A stretch of 39,721 bases of DNA from Lutimonas sp. (lineage in GTDB: Bacteria > Bacteroidota > Bacteroidia > Flavobacteriales > Flavobacteriaceae), in contig JBFFLO010000001.1 of the NCBI GenBank assembly GCA_041554895.1, forward strand, positions 1 to 39,721, read 5' to 3'. Of the stretch, positions 36,622 through 39,721 are shown in pieces. Within the stretch, counting starts at the first letter, position 1; every line of letters starts with the position of its first letter. The position numbers and the translations under genes were made by a program. The notes under the pieces are model-generated. The model saw only the letters and a list, made by a program, of their open reading frames with translations, had not been told where the DNA came from and searched no databases.

Positions 36622-37384
36622 AAAAAGGGTACTCCTAAAAATAGGGACCAATACTTTAACCAAGGAAACAGATCAGATCTCAAGAGGGAAGATCGAAGAT
36701 ATTGGCAGGCAGCTTGCCGAATTGAATCAGGATTATGAATTTGTCATTGTCAGTTCAGGAGCTATTGCGGTTGCCAGACAGTTTGTAAAGCTTGAATCTA
36801 ATGGCAGGGAGATCAACGTAAAACAGGCGCTTGCAGCAATTGGCCAACCGCATCTTATGCGTATCTTTCAGGAAAATTTCAGGGAATTGGGTTTGCTTAC
36901 CTCACAGTGTTTGTTGTCTTATGCTGATTTTAATGGTGAAAAATCGAAAGAAAATATTGTAAATACCATCAATGTCTTACTAGCCAACAACTATATCCCG
37001 ATCATTAATGAAAACGATACCGTGGCCACTGATGAGATTCAATTTGGGGATAATGATAAACTGGCAGCTTTAACAGCAGCTTTGATTGGGGCAGACCTGG
37101 TCATCATTGCGACAAATACTGATGGCATCTATACCAAGAGTAGCATAAACAAAGGGATGAAATCGACCATAACCGATGTAAGGAACTTAGAGGAACTTCG
37201 AAATGAAATTGTTGAAGGTAAAAGTTCTCAGGGAACAGGAGGCATGTTGTCAAAAATAGAAGCTGCTGAAATATTAAAAAAAGAAAAAATAGAGACTTGG
37301 ATCGTAAATGGTATTGGCGATAATTTTATTTTAAAAGCCATGAAGAAACAAATACCTTTTACCAAAATTTTAAATGATCAATAA
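36593..37384 (+). CDS. proB: Glutamate 5-kinase (short form, no PUA domain)
   Basis: LKIGTNTL, VSSGAIA, AAIGQ, PIINEND, GDNDKLAA and GTGGMLSK. Start is 36593 or 36599. Confidence 0.93.
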   Translation: MYMGTGRSGKKRVLLKIGTNTLTKETDQISRGKIEDIGRQLAELNQDYEFVIVSSGAIAVARQFVKLESNGREINVKQALAAIGQPHLMRIFQENFRELGLLTSQCLLSYADFNGEKSKENIVNTINVLLANNYIPIINENDTVATDEIQFGDNDKLAALTAALIGADLVIIATNTDGIYTKSSINKGMKSTITDVRNLEELRNEIVEGKSSQGTGGMLSKIEAAEILKKEKIETWIVNGIGDNFILKAMKKQIPFTKILNDQ

Positions 37385-38352
37385 TGAATTACTTATCGGT
37401 TAAGGATATAGATTCGATTAGCGAATGGGTTTCAGAAGCCAGAAACTTAAAGGAAAAACCTTTGGCGCACCGTGGGTTGGGCAAAGACAAAACCATAGGC
37501 CTATTGTTTTTTAATCCCAGTTTAAGAACGCGGTTAAGTACTCAAAAAGCTGCTCAAAACCTTGGCATGGCCACGATGGTCATGAATTTTGACAAAGAAG
37601 GTTGGGCCCTTGAGTATGAAGACGGCATCATCATGGACCAGGGAAAATCAGAACATGTTAAGGAAGCCGCTCAAGTCATTTCTCAATTTTGTGATATAAT
37701 TGCTATAAGGGCTTTTGCTTCTTTGGAGGATAAAGAAAAAGACAAGGCTGAAATCGTTTTAAATGGATTTGCCAAATATGCCACAGTACCTGTTGTCAAC
37801 ATGGAAAGTTCAGTTGGCCATCCGTTGCAGGCTTTGGCTGATGCCATTACCCTTGAGGAAGATAAAGATCGATTAAAAGGCAGAAAGCCTAAAGTAGTGT
37901 TGTCCTGGGCGCCGCACCCCAAGGCTTTGCCGCATGCAGTTGCGAATTCATTTGTTGAAATGATGCAAAAACAGGAAGCAGAATTTGTCATCACACATCC
38001 CAAAGGATACGAATTGGATCCCGAAATTACAGGTACAAGCAAGATTGAATATGACCAGGCAAAGGCCTTTGAAGGAGCGGATTATATTTATGCCAAGAAT
38101 TGGAGTTCCTTTAATGAATATGGTAAAGTTTTATCAAAGGATGCTTCTTGGATCATAAGTGCTGATAAAATGGCCTTAACAAATAATGGCAGATTTATGC
38201 ACTGTTTGCCGGTAAGAAGAAATGTGGTAGTCGAAGATGCCGTACTCGATCAGCCGAATTCGTTGGTGATCAAGCAGGCAAATAACAGAACTTTTTCTGC
38301 TCAGGTAGTGCTAAAGAAAATTCTTGAAGAACTTATCTGGACCAATAGCTAA
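37384..38352 (+). CDS. argF: N-acylornithine carbamoyltransferase (ArgF'), predicted N-succinylornithine-specific
   Basis: SLRTR (not STRTR), HPLQALAD, WAPHPKALP and MHCLPVRRN are AOTCase/SOTCase hallmarks. Confidence 0.9.
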   Translation: MNYLSVKDIDSISEWVSEARNLKEKPLAHRGLGKDKTIGLLFFNPSLRTRLSTQKAAQNLGMATMVMNFDKEGWALEYEDGIIMDQGKSEHVKEAAQVISQFCDIIAIRAFASLEDKEKDKAEIVLNGFAKYATVPVVNMESSVGHPLQALADAITLEEDKDRLKGRKPKVVLSWAPHPKALPHAVANSFVEMMQKQEAEFVITHPKGYELDPEITGTSKIEYDQAKAFEGADYIYAKNWSSFNEYGKVLSKDASWIISADKMALTNNGRFMHCLPVRRNVVVEDAVLDQPNSLVIKQANNRTFSAQVVLKKILEELIWTNS

Positions 38353-38356
38353 GTTG

Positions 38357-39136
38357 ATGAAAAAGAAACTGACAATCATAAAGATAGGAGGAAACGTGAT
38401 CAATAGTTCAGAACAGCTTGATTTGTTTCTGCATGATTTTTCCAAGCTGGATGGTTTGAAAATACTAGTACATGGAGGAGGAAGAAAAGCAACCGAAATG
38501 GCAGACTCTTTGGGTTTACAGCCAAAAATGATTGGAGGAAGAAGGGTCACTGATGAGGCAAACCTGGAGATCGTTACCATGGTCTATGCAGGTTTGCTCA
38601 ATAAGAATATAGTTGCAAGCTTACAGAAATCAGGTTGTAATGCCTTGGGCCTTTCTGGGGCAGATGCCAATGTGATCAGAGCACATAAGCGAATTGTAAA
38701 AGATATTGATTATGGTTTCGCCGGGGATATTGATGAGGTCCAGGATAAAACCATAGGCTTATTTCTGAACTCAGGTCTTGTACCTGTGTTTTCAGCGATA
38801 ACACATGACGGGCAAGGGCAATTGTTAAATACCAATGCAGATACCATAGCCGCTGAGTTAGCCAAGGGACTTTCTCATGATTTTGAAGTGGAACTGGTAT
38901 ATTGTTTTGAGAAAAACGGGGTACTCGAACATATAGATAATGAAAATTCTGTCATAGAACAAATTGACAAGAATGCATATGAGCACCTGAAGGGCCAAGG
39001 CGTGATTGCTGAGGGAATGTTGCCAAAAATGGAGAACTGTTTTGACGCATTACAGCACGGTGTTCATAAGGTGCTTATTGGGAAACCGGAACTGATCTCG
39101 AACAAGAAAATAAAACACACAACCTTGATGCTATGA
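38357..39136 (+). CDS. argB: N-acylglutamate kinase
   Basis: IKIGGN, VHGGG, GRRVTD, LSGAD, LNTNADT and GMLPKM. ATG 38357 is preferred. Confidence 0.93.
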   Translation: MKKKLTIIKIGGNVINSSEQLDLFLHDFSKLDGLKILVHGGGRKATEMADSLGLQPKMIGGRRVTDEANLEIVTMVYAGLLNKNIVASLQKSGCNALGLSGADANVIRAHKRIVKDIDYGFAGDIDEVQDKTIGLFLNSGLVPVFSAITHDGQGQLLNTNADTIAAELAKGLSHDFEVELVYCFEKNGVLEHIDNENSVIEQIDKNAYEHLKGQGVIAEGMLPKMENCFDALQHGVHKVLIGKPELISNKKIKHTTLML

Positions 39137-39721
39137 TAAAGGAACTGGGAGATAAGGCAATACAACTATTGATCGACCTGATCAATACACCGTCATTTTC
39201 TGGCGAAGAAGGTCAAACTGCTTTCATCCTTGCAGAATTTTTAAAAGGTCAGGGAATATCTTTTAAGAGAGAAGTACATAATATCTGGGCGGTAAATAAA
39301 CATTTTGATCCCTCTAAGCCCAATATACTATTGAATTCTCATCATGACACGGTAATGCCAAATAAAGGCTACACAAGAGATCCGCATAAGGCAGAGGTGG
39401 TTGATGGGAAGGTCTACGGCCTGGGTTCAAATGATGCAGGTGGCTGCCTTGTTTCACTGATCGCTACCTTTATTTATTACTATAAGCAAGAGGACCTGAA
39501 GTATAATTTGATCTTATTGGCTTCGGCCGAGGAGGAAAATTCAGGCGATCAGGGAATACGCTATATGTTGCCCATCATGCCAGAGATTGATTTTGCGATT
39601 ATTGGAGAACCCACCTTGATGCATCTCGCCATCGCGGAAAAGGGCTTGTTGGTGCTCGATTGTTATGCTCACGGAACAGCTGGACATGCGGCTCATATAA
39701 GAGGAGAGAACTCCATTTATA
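39133..39721 (+). CDS. argE: M20 metallo-hydrolase, ArgE-like deacylase (3' truncated; absent from the ORF track)
   Basis: Hand translation from ATG 39133: MIKELGDKAIQLLIDLINTPSFSGEE...LLNSHHDTV...YGLGSNDAGG...SAEEE...IGEPT...HGTAGHAAH. ATGA overlap with argB. Confidence 0.85.
   Translation, partial: MIKELGDKAIQLLIDLINTPSFSGEEGQTAFILAEFLKGQGISFKREVHNIWAVNKHFDPSKPNILLNSHHDTVMPNKGYTRDPHKAEVVDGKVYGLGSNDAGGCLVSLIATFIYYYKQEDLKYNLILLASAEEENSGDQGIRYMLPIMPEIDFAIIGEPTLMHLAIAEKGLLVLDCYAHGTAGHAAHIRGENSIY

Noticed and set aside
923-38580. Many short antisense or alternate-frame ORFs in the track (e.g. 5177-5563, 17719-18075, 20235-20744, 37683-38042)
   Set aside because: They overlap well-supported genes, have no recognisable motifs and look like shadow ORFs.

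Overview
AT-rich, gene-dense chromosomal window from a member of the Bacteroidota, most likely Flavobacteriaceae (judged from TAnnTTTG-type promoters, A-rich start regions without Shine-Dalgarno motifs, and gene content). Left to right: the end of a probable nos operon (nosF/nosY-like ABC transporter); a secreted di-heme cytochrome c-rhodanese fusion; a BI-1/YccA protein and meaB; a minus-strand methylmalonyl-CoA operon (mce, Na+-pumping decarboxylase alpha/delta/gamma/beta, CoA-transferase, mutase small and large subunits) under a promoter with an FNR/CRP-like palindrome; a DUF5103 gene; nqrABCDEF; an OmpA/MotB lipoprotein; apbE; a DUF4837-like lipoprotein; two tandem MltD-like LysM transglycosylases; an alpha/beta hydrolase; a degenerate sigma-like protein; and a merged arginine/proline biosynthesis operon (GNAT, argG, argC, proC, argD, proA, proB, argF', argB, argE-like) that runs off the right edge. 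I see no rRNA, tRNA, CRISPR array or transposase. The most striking unannotated feature is the leader of the arg/pro operon, which holds two short tandem uORFs that each encode an Arg-Arg-Arg-Pro motif in mostly CGN codons, a candidate ribosome-mediated Arg/Pro-sensing control system. All protein calls come from motif recognition by eye; no database search was run.
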